A stretch of DNA of 53,636 bases from the NCBI RefSeq assembly GCF_001194135.2, contig NC_068986.1, positions 78,240,878 through 78,294,513 on the forward strand, in the 5' to 3' direction. The notes under the pieces are model-generated. The model saw only the letters and a program-made list of their open reading frames with translations, did not search any database and had not been told where the DNA came from. The stretch is from Octopus bimaculoides. Its lineage: Eukaryota. The position numbers were made by a program, and so were the translations under genes. Every line of letters begins with the position of its first letter. Positions within the stretch are counted from its first letter, which is position 1. This document shows positions 13,106 through 26,409 of this stretch, one piece after another.

Positions 13106-13436
13106 ATGCAGTAGTATTGTTTGGATTCGTTCTTTTTTATTTCTCCAAAATTCTTTAGGAATGCATCTCATTTTCTATTCAGTGAAAATTAGTAAAAACA
13201 AGCTAAATAGTAAATTAGTTTTCATGTCATGGACTTCCATATTACAGCAAAACTTTCAGAAATGCAATATTTCCATAATATGAGAAATTGCTGTGCTTCA
13301 ATCACTTAGTTCAGTCTGCTGCCAGAGTTTTAGTCAACAAGCTGTTTCATAATATATATACACACACACACACACACATATAGACTATCCAACACATGTC
13401 AGCATGGGAAACAGACATTAAATGATGATGATGATG

Positions 13437-13468
<32 letters not shown>

Positions 13469-13999
13469 NNNNNNNNNNNNNNNNNNNNNNNNNNNNNNNN
13501 NNNNNNNNNNNNNNNNNNNNNNNNNNNNNNNNNNNNNNNNNNNNNNNNNNNNNNNNNNNNNNNNNNNNNNNNNNNNNNNNNNNNNNNNNNNNNNNNNNNN
13601 NNNNNNNNNNNNNNNNNNNNNNNNNNNNNNNNNNNNNNNNNNNNNNNNNNNNNNNNNNNNNNNNNNNNNNNNNNNNNNNNNNNNNNNNNNNNNNNNNNNN
13701 NNNNNNNNNNNNNNNNNNNNNNNNNNNNNNNNNNNNNNNNNNNNNNNNNNNNNNNNNNNNNNNNNNNNNNNNNNNNNNNNNNNNNNNNNNNNNNNNNNNN
13801 NNNNNNNNNNNNNNNNNNNNNNNNNNNNNNNNNNNNNNNNNNNNNNNNNNNNNNNNNNNNNNNNNNNNNNNNNNNNNNNNNNNNNNNNNNNNNNNNNNNN
13901 NNNNNNNNNNNNNNNNNNNNNNNNNNNNNNNNNNNNNNNNNNNNNNNNNNNNNNNNNNNNNNNNNNNNNNNNNNNNNNNNNNNNNNNNNNNNNNNNNNN

Positions 14000-14054
<55 letters not shown>

Positions 14055-14699
14055 ACATGTATGTATATATATATGTATGTATATATATACATATTTGTAT
14101 TCACATACAAGGACACACACATATATGTATGTATGTATTTATGTGATGTGTGTATGTATATGTATGTATTTATGTATGTATGTATAAGTAGTCTATAGTA
14201 AAGATATTAAAACTCTCTTAATGATATTTCTGTGAGTTTATTACTCATAATTAGCATTATGTAATGTGAACAACATATTCAATCAAAATATGAAAGCTTT
14301 TTAATATATACAGTAGTTAATTTTGCAACAGTTCATGATGTATATTTTAAATTTTTGAAATGATTTGAACCAATCTAGACACAAGGTAAATAAAGTAAGG
14401 AAGTTTAACATTATTTCAAACTGCTTAAATTGGTTACATTTAATTGGAATAATGGCTGGAAAACAAGATGTTGGAAAGTCAAAACTTATTCAGCTCATTA
14501 GGAAGATAAGATCACTTGATTACTAATCAATATAAAAGCAAGATTCTAGAACATGTGTCCTTTCCATGTTAATTAATATATATGCATATAACTTTTATGC
14601 ATAGTTTATATCCCAGCATCACAATGATATCATTAATATAAAATGTATTTCTGTTTATTATTTAACAAAAATAAAAATGAAATAAATGAAAATCAATAA

Positions 14700-14949
14700 T
14701 GATAATAATAATCCGTTCTACTAAAAGCACAGAGCCTGGAATTTTTGTTAGGGAGGAGACTAGTCGATTACACCGATTCCAGTGTTTCACTGGTACTTAA
14801 TTTATTTACCCCGAAAGGATGAAAGGCAAAGTTGACCCCAGTAGAATTTGAACTCAGAATATAAAGATGAATGAAATGCTGCTAAGCATTTTGCTCAGCG
14901 TGCTAATGATTCTGACAGCTTAATAATAATAATAATAATCCTGATAACG

Positions 14950-15005
<56 letters not shown>

Positions 15006-15202
15006 CCTTTCTACTGAAGGCACAAAGCCAGAAATTTGGTGGGGAGGGGACTAGTTGATTACATTGACCCCAGTGTTTTACTCGTTCTTAATCTATCGAC
15101 CCTGAAAGGATGAAAGGTAAAGTTGAACCCAACAGAATTTGAACTCAGAGCATAAAGATGGACAAAATGCTGGCATGCTAACAATTCTGACAGCTCACTG
15201 CC

Positions 15203-15262
<60 letters not shown>

Positions 15263-15790
15263 GTAATAGTAATAATAAGTGTGAGGAAACAGAAAAGATT
15301 GAGAAATACCAGAATACCAGCCACTGCAGGACAAGATCAGAAAGTAATGGGGCATGAGGAAAGTAATGGTGATACCGGTGGTAATTGGAGCATTAGGAAC
15401 AGTTTCCAAGGGCTTTGAAAAACATATTGAGAATATTGGAGCTGCTGTCAGGTGATCCAGAAGACAGCATTGTTGGGTACAACTCGCATCCGAAGGAGTG
15501 TATTGTCTCTTTGAGTCACAGGAGAAGGTACTATTTGAAACCTTTGGTGATTTGTTATTGCTTGCTTTCAAGTAAAGTATAACTGGTAATTAAGAACTAT
15601 CTGAGTCTTTCAGAATAACAACAACAACAACAATAATAATGGTTTCAAATTTTGGTACAAGGCCAGCAATTTCAGAAGGAGAGGTAAGTCGATTATATAC
15701 ACTCCAGTGTTTAACTGGTACGGAATTTGAATGCAAAATGTAAAGATTGACAAAATGTTGCCAAGCATTTTGTCCAGCATGGTAATGATT
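14700..15790 (-). mobile_element. Three co-oriented family-B SINEs separated by (AAT)n tracts
   Basis: Copies at about 14700-14920, 15000-15205 and 15630-15790 share GAAAGGATGAAAGG..AAAGTTGA..AGAATTTGAACTCAG; the third is internally deleted. Confidence 0.8.
15277..15640 (+). mobile_element. R4/Dong-clade (restriction-like endonuclease) non-LTR retrotransposon 3' fragment
   Basis: CEETEKIEKYQ..GMRKVMVIPVVIGALGTVSKGFEKHIENIGAAV..IQKTALLGTTRIRRSVLSL* matches the R4/Dong RLE C-terminus; embedded in (AAT)n, the known Dong-type target. Confidence 0.8.
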
Positions 15791-15806
15791 CAGCCAACAT
15801 GCCATC

Positions 15807-15845
<39 letters not shown>

Positions 15846-15863
15846 GTAGTAGTAGTAGTAGTA

Positions 15864-15909
<46 letters not shown>

Positions 15910-16191
15910 TAATAATAATGATAATAATAGTATCTCCATTAATTCAATTTATATTGATAATTGAGCAATGTACACAGGGTAGTAAGACTATTAATTTCAT
16001 TTATATTTTGCAATATAACTCAATTATTGGTTATTTATTAGTCTTCACACAAGTTGTACCATTATTTTGAATATGTCAAGTGTAGATAAAATTGATTAGT
16101 TTTATGGATATAGAAATAAGCAATAATCAAAGAAGTTATTTTCTCCAACAATTTTAGCATTGGATTCGAAAGCTTAATTGGATAAAGAAGC

Positions 16192-16226
<35 letters not shown>

Positions 16227-16537
16227 CATGCGCACACGCACACGCATATGCACACATACATATCTGGATTAAACTTAACAGTACCACAGCCTTCAACAAT
16301 GATATTCACCCTACCTTTATCAAATTAGAGGTATTCATTATAGTTTTACCAGCCTTAACATATATTCACACACACACACACACACATGTATTGTGTGCAC
16401 AGACTAACTAGTATACATGTAAATTAGGGCTTCTAGTACTGAGATTGCCAAATCAGAGACTGATGAAGATAAACTACTCACTGTCTTACAGCCAGGATAA
16501 TAACACTTTCATCTTTCTCTACTCTGTTTTTCCACAG

Positions 16538-16582
16538 CAATCAAACTTAACAACATTGCACAGACTCTCCTTTGAATATCAA
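16538..16582 (+). CDS. Candidate exon (QSNLTTLHRLSFEYQ), unknown gene
   Basis: CTCTGTTTTTCCACAG acceptor, CAA|GTATGC donor, 45 bp, single open frame (phase 0-0). Confidence 0.22.
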
Positions 16583-17149
16583 GTATGCATTTGAAAAAAA
16601 AAAATACAGTTAAATATTGAAGTGCTTTGGTTCTCTCAATGAGAAATGAACCAAATTACCGGCTGTTACTAACCATTAGAGAACAATGAAACGTTAATGT
16701 TTCTATTGCTTGCAGAAATTTTGAGATTTGACTGATTTGGACGAAATCTATTCAGCAGTTATATAATTATTATCTAACATTTCTTTCAACTCTGATTTTT
16801 TTTTTTACAAATTAGAGCATTAATGGTGGACCCATTAGATAAATAAGAATCACTTCCCTTTGAAATTCTGATTAAACCTATGTCTCTACCTTTTTATTTT
16901 CTTGTATTAAACATTCCCTTTCATATTTTGTTGCATCTTGCATTTTTCTTTCCTTATTATAAACTTTCTTCATATGGTACCAGTTTGGCTGCGTGATAAC
17001 AGATTTGATTTGCAGTCATATGGTTTTGGGTACAGTTGCATTGCATGGCATCTTGAGTAAGAGTCTCTTGCTGTAACTTTGGGTAACCTTAAGCCTTGTG
17101 GATGGATATAGTAGATGGCTTATCATGTGTATACATACCCCGCCACACA

Positions 17150-17194
17150 CACATCATCATCATCATCATCAACATTTAATGTCTGCTTTCCATG

Positions 17195-17235
<41 letters not shown>

Positions 17236-17658
17236 GCCGTTTACGTGTCACCCGCACAAAGGCCAGTACCACCTGACTGGCCTTCGTGTGGGTGACACGT
17301 AAAAGCACCCACTACACTCTCTGAGTGGTTGGCTTTTAGGAAGGGCATCCAGCTGTAGAAACACTGCCAAATTAGATTGGAGCCTGGTGTTGCCATCCGG
17401 TTTCACCAGTCCTCAGTCAAATCGTCCAACCCATGCTAGCATGGAAAGCGGACGTTAAACGACGATGACGACGACGACGATNNNNNNNNNNNNNNNNNNN
17501 NNNNNNNNNNNNNNNNNNNNNNNNNNNNNNNNNNNNNNNNNNNNNNNNNNNNNNNNNNNNNNNNNNNNNNNNNNNNNNNNNNNNNNNNNNNNNNNNNNNN
17601 NNNNNNNNNNNNNNNNNNNNNNNNNNNNNNNNNNNNNNNNNNATGTCTGCTTTCCATG

Positions 17659-17699
<41 letters not shown>

Positions 17700-17942
17700 G
17701 CCGTTTACGTGTCACCCGCACAAAGGCCAGTACCACCTGACTGGCCTTCGTGTGGGTGACACGTAAAAGCACCCACTACACTCTCTGAGTGGTTGGCGTT
17801 AGGAAGGGCATCCAGCTGTAGAAACTCTGCCAAATCAGATTGGAGCCTGGTATAGCCATCTGGTTTCACCAGTCCTCAGTCAAATCGTCCAACCCATGCT
17901 AGCATGGAAAGCGGACGTTAAACGACGATGACGACGACGACG

Positions 17943-17945
<3 letters not shown>
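17150..17945 (+). mobile_element. Two near-identical 5'-truncated family-D elements flanking an N gap
   Basis: 17178-17480 and 17643-17945 share the same upstream fragment, (TA)n and hairpin, with only scattered differences. Confidence 0.85.
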
Positions 17946-17975
<30 letters not shown>

Positions 17976-18282
17976 TACACATCAGATTAAATACACAACC
18001 AAAAGAGCGCAAATAGTTTCATGCTATTATGATACTTGAACAGCCATATTCATAGTATACGCCATGTATCTTAAAGCAATCTTTCAAGCTCTGTTTATGC
18101 ATCATAACATATATGTATTAGGTGTGGATGTGTGGTAGGAAGTTTTCTTCCCAACCACATGGTTCTGGGTTCAGTCCTATTGCATGATACCTTGGGAAAA
18201 TGTCTTCTACTATAGCCTCAAATTAATCAAAAACTTGTGAGTGGAGTGAAACCCATTGCATATATATATATATATATATGGG

Positions 18283-18460
18283 AGAATATACGAAAAAACA
18301 ACAACAGACGAGGACAGGTGGTGTAAATAACAAAAGGATGTATTAGTATGACGCTCGGGAATACGGAAAGTCTTTGACGTTTCGAGCTACGCTCTTCAAC
18401 AGAAAGAATACGGAGACAAGGAGAAAAACACGGAGAAAAAAAATTGAATAGTGTCCAGTC
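18283..18460 (-). mobile_element. Penelope-like element terminal repeat with degenerate hammerhead
   Basis: Minus strand 18407-18371: TCTTT-CTGTTGAA-GAGC GTA GCTC-GAAAC-GTC-AAAGA. This is the type I hammerhead layout with core A6 changed to U. Confidence 0.7.
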
Positions 18461-21224
18461 AACGGTATATGTGCGTGCGTGTGTGTGCACTGTGTACTAG
18501 TTTGTGTGTGTGTATGTCTTTGTGTCTGTGTTTGTCCACTATCACTGCTTGTCTAGTGGTGTTGGTGTGTTTATATCCCGTGTAACTTAACAGTTAAGCA
18601 AGAGAGAGCAAATAGAACAAGTACCAGACTTAGGGTCGATTCTTTCAACTAAAATTTTTCAAGGTGGAGCCCCAGCATGGCCACGGTCTAATGACTAAAA
18701 TGAATTAAAGATAAAAGATAAATATGTGTGTGTCTGTGTGTGTCTCATTGTGCTTGTGCCTATTCCCTCACTGCTTAAAAACTGGTGTTGGTTTCTGTAT
18801 GTCCCTGTAACTTTGTAGTTCAGCAAAAAAGACTGACATAATAAGTGCCAAATCTAAAAAGATAAGTACTAGGGTTAATTTGTTTTACTAAAACCCTTTA
18901 ATGTGGTACCCCAGCTTGGCTGCAGTCCAGTGACTGAAATGAGTGAAAGAAGAAATGTGTACATAGGCGAGGTATGGTTGTTTGGTAAGAAGTTTGCTTC
19001 CCAGCCACATGGTCCTGGGTTCAGTCCCACCACATGGCAACTTGGCCAAATGTCTTCTACTATAGCGTTGGGCCAACTAAAGCCTTGCAAGGGGATTTGG
19101 TAGACAGAAACTGAAAGAAGCCCAAGAGTAACTAACCCATTAACTAACAATAAAGGACCGAACTAGTGCATATGTTTCTTATTACCGGCATAATGCCCCT
19201 CCCAAGGTTCAATAGAATATATATATTTATACACACTCACACATATATATGTATATGTGTGTACATGTGCCCTTGTGTCTGTGTTTGTCCCTCCATCACC
19301 GCTTAGCAACCAGTGTCAGTGTGTTTATGTGACTGATATAATGAGTAGTAGGCTTTGAAAATATAAGTTCTGGGTTCGATTTCTGCGACTAAAACCCTTC
19401 AAGGCGCTGCTCCAGCATGGCTGCAGTCAAATGAATGAAACAAGTAAAAGAATAAAAGAATACAAGGGAAACCTTTATGTAGTGACTCGGAATGCAAAAA
19501 ATGACAACAGAAATTGCTTTGGGAAGTGTGTCTGCTTAACATAAAAAAGTAGCCATTGACTGAAACATAGTTGGAATTTCTTGCATTATATTTTGTGCTT
19601 AATAATTTATATTTATACAAGAGTCTAGCATAATATAAGTAGTCAAATATAAGCAAATTTGAATGGATGAAGTGGCACTGTCTAGTTTACTTACTCAGGG
19701 AGCATGTCCTGTTCCCATGATAAAAGAATTGATAAGGCCATATTGTACAGATTTACATTAATAATTTGTTACCATTGCTTTCAATAATAGAAGTATATAT
19801 GAATGCATGTATGTATGTATATATATGTGTGTGTGTCTGTGTTTTGCTGATGAAGGAAAAGTTACCTAAAATATTCCAGAAATTGATCAATCCCAAAATA
19901 ACTTAATTATTTTATGAAGATTACTCAGTCTACTCTCCCGCTCTCAACTTGTGTCTGTACGCGGAGTAACTATTTAATGTAGTGGGACGAATTCGGTGTC
20001 TTCTTATAGGCATAAAGGCATATAAGCATAATGGCTTATCTGCCCTTAAGTATAATTGTAACTTATACAATTATATATCTCTATATATGTATTTTATCTA
20101 AAAGGTTTTTATATGCTGGCCACTGATAAAATTCATNNNNNNNNNNTATATATATATATATATATATATACATATACATACACATATATATATAACATTT
20201 CACCTGGAATTTTCTCAATATTGGATCTGGAACTTACAATGAATCATGAAACTTCATGCTGGTGTGCATGGATATATATTTTCATATACATGTATATTTA
20301 TATGTATGTGTATATTGATGAATCTATGTACATGTATATGTAATTGTTTGGATATGTGTGCAAATGCATGGATATATGTGGGAGTGCCTCTATATGGTAT
20401 ATACTTAGATATGTTGATCTTGACCCTGACTTGGTGTCCTTAATATTATAATACCTTGATCCACCCTACAAATAGGGTGCACTGTGCATAGACTTCTGCT
20501 TCTTATGGTTATAAGAGCTTTTAGTTCTTATTTCTAGCAATATAGGTGCTACCCTGTACTGCCAGTCACAATGAGTATATATATATATATATATATATAT
20601 ATATNNNNNNNNNNNNNNNNNNNNNNNNNNNNNNNNNNNNNNNNNNNNNNNNNNNNNNNNNNNNNNNNNNNNNNNNNNNNNNNNNNNNNNNNNNNNNNNN
20701 NNNNNNNNNNNNNNNNNNNNNNNNNNNNNNNNNNNNNNNNNNNNNNNNNNNNNNNNNNNNNNNNNNNNNNNNNNNNNNNNNNNNNNNNNNNNNNNNNNNN
20801 NNNNNNNNNNNNNNNNNNNNNNNNNNNNNNNNNNNNNNNNNNNNNNNNNNNNNNNNNNNNNNNNNNNNNNNNNNNNNNNNNNNNNNNNNNNNNNNNNNNN
20901 NNNNNNNNNNNNNNNNNNNNNNNNNNNNNNTATATATTGTCGTATCTTGGGAGGGTCATTATACCAATAAACTGGTTTCAACACATGAGTTCACTTCAAA
21001 AATCTTACAAACCAAATACAAGAATGAAATATATATATATACATAGTTATGATAGATAGATAAAGAAATAGACAGTGAGGCAGTATGTGTGTATGCATGC
21101 ATGTGTATGTGTGAGTGGGCAGTATTGTATGTCCAAGATAAATGAAGGTTACCTGATTGAAATTTTGTAAATTGAGAATAAATTGATGTAGCTAGCTGTA
21201 GCTTTCTATAGCTACAGCAACTGA

Positions 21225-21266
<42 letters not shown>

Positions 21267-21862
21267 TCTTTCTCACTGCACATACAACTAAAAACATCTC
21301 ACACCGTGTCTCACACACACACACACAGACTGAGAATAGGAAAATTGGCAAACTCCAGGCAATCATGTTCATCAAAAATTTCTTGTAAGATCTTGACCTG
21401 CAGATAAAGATATAAGATACTGATTGTTACAGTGTCTTCATCACACATTTTGGATTCTGCTTGGAAAGAAATAGACTTGGTTGGGAATTAGACAGATAGA
21501 TAGATAAATAAGAAAGACAGCAAAAATAATCTTATGGACTCTTTCCAGAGGTTTCAATGAATGAAATTGCTTAAGATATTTTTATTCAGATGTCTTAGGT
21601 TTGATCCCAGGCATTTTTTTTTTCTTGTTTTTTTTACCTAAAACACAGAGTTACTTATTCGATGATAAACAGTTGGCAGGGAGCCAACATTCATATTAAC
21701 TCAGATGAATAAGACAAAAAAGAATCTTTGGAAATACTGTGTAGGGGTGTGTATGGGTATGTGTTGAGAGGTTTGTTAAGTCTGTGTGTGTGTGTGTGTG
21801 TTTGAAGAGATGAGTAAATTTATGCATCAAGAGAAAAGGAGAATGAATAAAAGAAGGAAAGC

Positions 21863-21903
<41 letters not shown>

Positions 21904-22011
21904 ATAGATAAATAGTAAATATGTAGGTAGGCTGATAGACAGATGTAGCATAAGTGCATTTATGAATATGCATACTGATATATATAAATATGTGTATATG
22001 TATATATGTAT

Positions 22012-22043
<32 letters not shown>

Positions 22044-22104
22044 CCCATCATCATTGTTTGACGTCCGCCTTCCATGCTGGCATGGTGGCATGCGTGACAC
22101 ACAC

Positions 22105-22139
<35 letters not shown>

Positions 22140-22176
22140 TGTATTCATGCCTACATACATACATACATATATATGT

Positions 22177-22212
<36 letters not shown>

Positions 22213-22989
22213 TCACACAAATCAATATACTTCTGTGCAAACAGTATGAAAACGAACCAATCACATTCGATATTCTATCAATATGTTTGGAGTTGTGGCT
22301 GAGGCAGAGGAAGAGAAGAAGAAGAAGAATGAGAAGAACGAGGGAGAGAAAGTGGAAAGGTTATTGATATTTTGAAATCACCATATGAAACGCGTGTTGG
22401 TCAGCGATGGTGTAAATAAAACACTAAAGAAAATAAAACAAGACTGATGAGATGGGACAGGGAAAACAAGAAGGAAAAAGTATAATTTTCAAGGGTGTCC
22501 TGGTGGTGATGATACACAGATTTCAACAGCAGTCCTTATCTCTTAACAATATAATATGGTTGGCAATGTTGCTACGGCTGAGTTGCTGAAATGTCAAATG
22601 CCAGAATATAGAGATAGTTGTTTCTCTTGATTATTATTGTCTGACAAGTGAGACTTTTCAGTTCTGGGAATGTTCAAATCTTCTACTCTCTTGTTATTTG
22701 TATGGAAATGAGAAATAATACTGTTTGTAGTGTGCGGAAATGATTTAAATGGATCATCTGTAACTATTTAACTTTGTTTCACAAAATTGAAATTGATACT
22801 CTCGTGCACACACGCACACGCACACACACACACACACACACGCACACACCTTGAAGGTTTTGAAAGATTATGTGTGTGCGCATGTGTGTGTGTGTGAGTG
22901 TGAGTGCATGTGCATGAAAGATAGTGTGTGAATGAGAAAGAGTGGGAAGAGGCATGAGAGAAAGAAGGAAATATATGTTTGTTACGCTA

Positions 22990-23030
<41 letters not shown>

Positions 23031-23136
23031 TACACACACACACACACATACACATATATATACATATATACATACATATACATACATATATATATACATA
23101 CATATATATATATACATATATATACTATATTTGTAA

Positions 23137-23935
23137 CAAAATCCCATCACAACTGTTGAGGAACTAACAAAGAAGCTTGGATTTGGTCATTCAAACATTC
23201 ATCAACACCTGTAGGCCATCGTAAAAATTAGCAATTTGGGTCAATTTCCGAGTTTAATCATGCATAGAGATTGAATGTGTGCTCTTCTTTGCTATCACGT
23301 CTCATGGATGAACCTTTTTTGAACTGGACAGTGGGTAGAGAAAGGAGAAACACCAGCACCCCAGGCTAAGAAAGGTCTTCACCCAAATAAGGTGTTGTTA
23401 TCTGTTTGATGGGATATGAAAGGTTTAGTCCACTTTGAACTTTTAAGCCCAAATGAAACAGTAACAAAGGAGATCTACTGTGAGCAGCTTGAGCAGCTAA
23501 AGTCAGTGCTAGAAGTAAAACGACTATCTTTGGTTTCAATGTGAAAGGTGTTCTTCTATCAGGATAATGCTCAGCCACATACAGCAAGGATGACATTCCA
23601 AAGGTTGAAGCAGTTTGAATGGAAAACGATGCTCCACCCACCATATTCGCCGGACATTGCCCCATCTGATTATAATTTATTCCGCAGTTTTCAAAATCAT
23701 CTGGACTGAAAAATATGAATCCTGTAGACGAGGTTAGAACAGTACTAGAGGAATATTTTTCATCACAGTTAAGTGAATTTTGGAAGAGCAGCCTTGCAAG
23801 TCTACCAGATAGATAGAAGAGCATTATAGAAAATGAAGGAGAGTACATTTTAAATTAAAAACGAACTTTGTTTATCTGAATTTTGAAAAATAAAGGAAGT
23901 ATAAAAAAACACATTATTTATGGGATGATCCAATA
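23137..23935 (+). mobile_element. Mariner (DD34D) transposon remnant, 5'-truncated pseudo-transposase
   Basis: [24 protein letters not shown]; KGLHPNKVLLSV*WDMKG; DNAQPH..YSPDIAPSDYNLF with 34 residues between the two D; several stops. Right TIR ..ATTATTTATGGGATGATCCAATA followed by TA. Confidence 0.95.
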
Positions 23936-25868
23936 TATATCCATGTATATGTGTATTCATCATCATCAAAGTTCAATGTTCAACTTTTCCCATGCTGGCA
24001 TAGGTTTAATGGTACTCTTTGAGATAGAATTCTACAAACATATTTTTATTCCACTTCTCTTCACATAAAATCAGCAAAACTGTCAAACTGCTCAAATATT
24101 GTTAATGTGAATACTTGTAGAAACAAACAGTTCCTCCCCCTCCCCCCACACATTAGGCAATAAGCATGAAAAGAAGAGGACACTGGAAAGACAAGCTATA
24201 ACAAATGTTGTCTTGGTTTAAAAACAAAGGAAAGTGACTTGATGTTTCAGATGGCAGTCCTTCATCAAAAAAAAAAAAATGAAGAAAAGACAGAGAGAAA
24301 AATAAAAAGAATAAAAAATAGTTGAGGTGGATAAAAAGAATGAGAAAAGGTGGCAGACACATAAGCATACTCTTCACCCACAAAGTATAGGTCAGCTGGA
24401 AGTTATAATATAAAGAAACTGCTTAAGGTTCTACACAACAGAATGGAACATGAAATACAATTCTTAACCACACAGCCATGCTGAGGGATAGGAAATGGAA
24501 GCAATCATTCTTCAATACCACCACAACTGCACATATGTGTGAATGAAAGGAGAAACAGAAAGAGAGATCAGGGGAGAGAGAAAGAGAGAACACATACGTT
24601 TTAGCACCCATAATTGTGTAAGTGAATATAAGAGAAAGAGAAATAAACACAGCTTTATGTATATGAATGCATATGTAGGTGGAGGACAATGAAACTGGAT
24701 GGAGCTGGGGATTAGATAATTACTTCTCTGGGTTGCAGTAAACCATAGGACATATTCAATTTGCAGTTTCTATTTGAATCCCTCTAATAGTTGACACAAC
24801 ACCTAACACAGAATGTTATTAATAAAAGTTTATCAAAAATGGATGAAAGGATGCTATAAGGCAGTGATCCCAATATATCAAACTATCTTTTATGCTAGCT
24901 TATGTTCACGTTTTCATTCATTGAGAGCATGAGTTAAGATGTGTCTCCAAATTTGGTTACATGCTTTTAAATGGTTGGGAGTGCATGTATACAAGTATGT
25001 TTATATATCTATTTTTTTAAAAATGAAATTAGGTAATGCAAGGAAATGCACCTATGTCATGGGGTCGGGTTGGTTTGCTCTGAAAATTACATAGTAAGTG
25101 GAATTTATGTATTTTCTCATGAATATACTTCTTAGTAATCAACAGGATTTAAAACAAGTACTCATCATTGTTCTGTTAGGCACATGTGAAAAATTATATA
25201 CCAGTAAGGTATCTATATAACATTATTTATTCAGTAACAGAGTCAATATAAAAGTCACATACAGAAGCATGTATTAGAACAGAACAGGTAAAAATCATTT
25301 GAAATAAACATGCAGTTATGTCTCATTTATGCAGTATATTTTAAATTAATACAGACAATATAAATAACACACAAATATCAGAATGGCATCTCTATAACAG
25401 GGCTTAAAGCAATCATTTTTCTTCTCTTATCTTAATATGTAAAAGCGTTGTTTACATTATAAGCATTTTTTTAGAAATGTCAAGAGTTATGTAATAAATC
25501 TTTTTAATGATGGAACTCAAGGTAGATAAAGCCACAAATAATAGCATGAAGAATATTGGGTTAAAAAGAATCCTTGGATAGAAGAAGTTGATGTATGTAT
25601 ACTCTAAGTTTTAGGCCACTGTTTTGCTTTTATCTTCAAGCTGAAAAACTACATCAATTGTATATTTCCAACTACTACAGTAAACATTGCAAACAGCTAT
25701 TGATTAGAAAGATAGTTCATTTAGAGTAATTATGTTACTTAGAATTGCATTGATATAGTATTTTGAAAAAAAATATATGTTTATTTAGAAAAGAAAAAAT
25801 GTAAGAATAAAATTATATCTTTGGTTTAAAATTTTCTTTTTGTGTGTGTATGTTTTTATGAAGCTCAC

Positions 25869-25951
25869 CTTGAACCATTTTCTCCTCAACGAATTGGATG
25901 CAAACTTCTTGAGAGAATCAATGTTCCCAGACAACTGTAGATTGCATGTAT
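25869..25951 (-). CDS. Candidate exon (DTCNLQLSGNIDSLKKFASNSLRRKWFK), unknown gene
   Basis: Consensus donor AAG|GTGAGC; acceptors TTATTTTTAAAG (83-bp exon) or TCTACAG (66-bp exon); single open frame. Loosely resembles CaMK-family calmodulin-binding segments, but no kinase exons were found. Confidence 0.22.
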
Positions 25952-26409
25952 CTTTAAAAATAATTGATTCAAAGTACATACATGTAATTGTAGTTAGTTT
26001 TGTTATTCAACAAAATCCTGGCAAGTCTGAGTACTGCTGGTAATGCAGTGTATTTTAACTTCACTACCACTGTATAAAATCATATAGGGAATCATACATG
26101 AGAAGGAAACCTGTGTAACAGGATTTGAAAGAAGCAGTCAGTTTCGTTCAGTAATACAATGTAACTTAACTCTGCAGCCATTATAGAAATAACACAAAGC
26201 AAATCATACATCATGATGGAAGTTATGTGTGGTTGCTTGTTGACCTGCTGGAATCAGCAACCTCAATAACTCTCACTGAAATTAACCCAAACAATCTCAA
26301 ATAAAGGAAAGAGACACTAAAACCAGATAATGTACTTTTGGAATGATGCTACAGAGAGTAAAAGAGAGGTGGTTATAGCTGAAAATCACTTTGATTGTTA
26401 TGTCTACCT

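Noticed and set aside
14437-14526. Walker A-like peptide HLIGIMAGKQDVGKSKLIQLI on the plus strand
   Set aside because: No usable splice acceptor or donor, an in-frame stop soon after, and no other NTPase motifs. A rough estimate gives one or two chance GxxxxGK[ST] matches per window.
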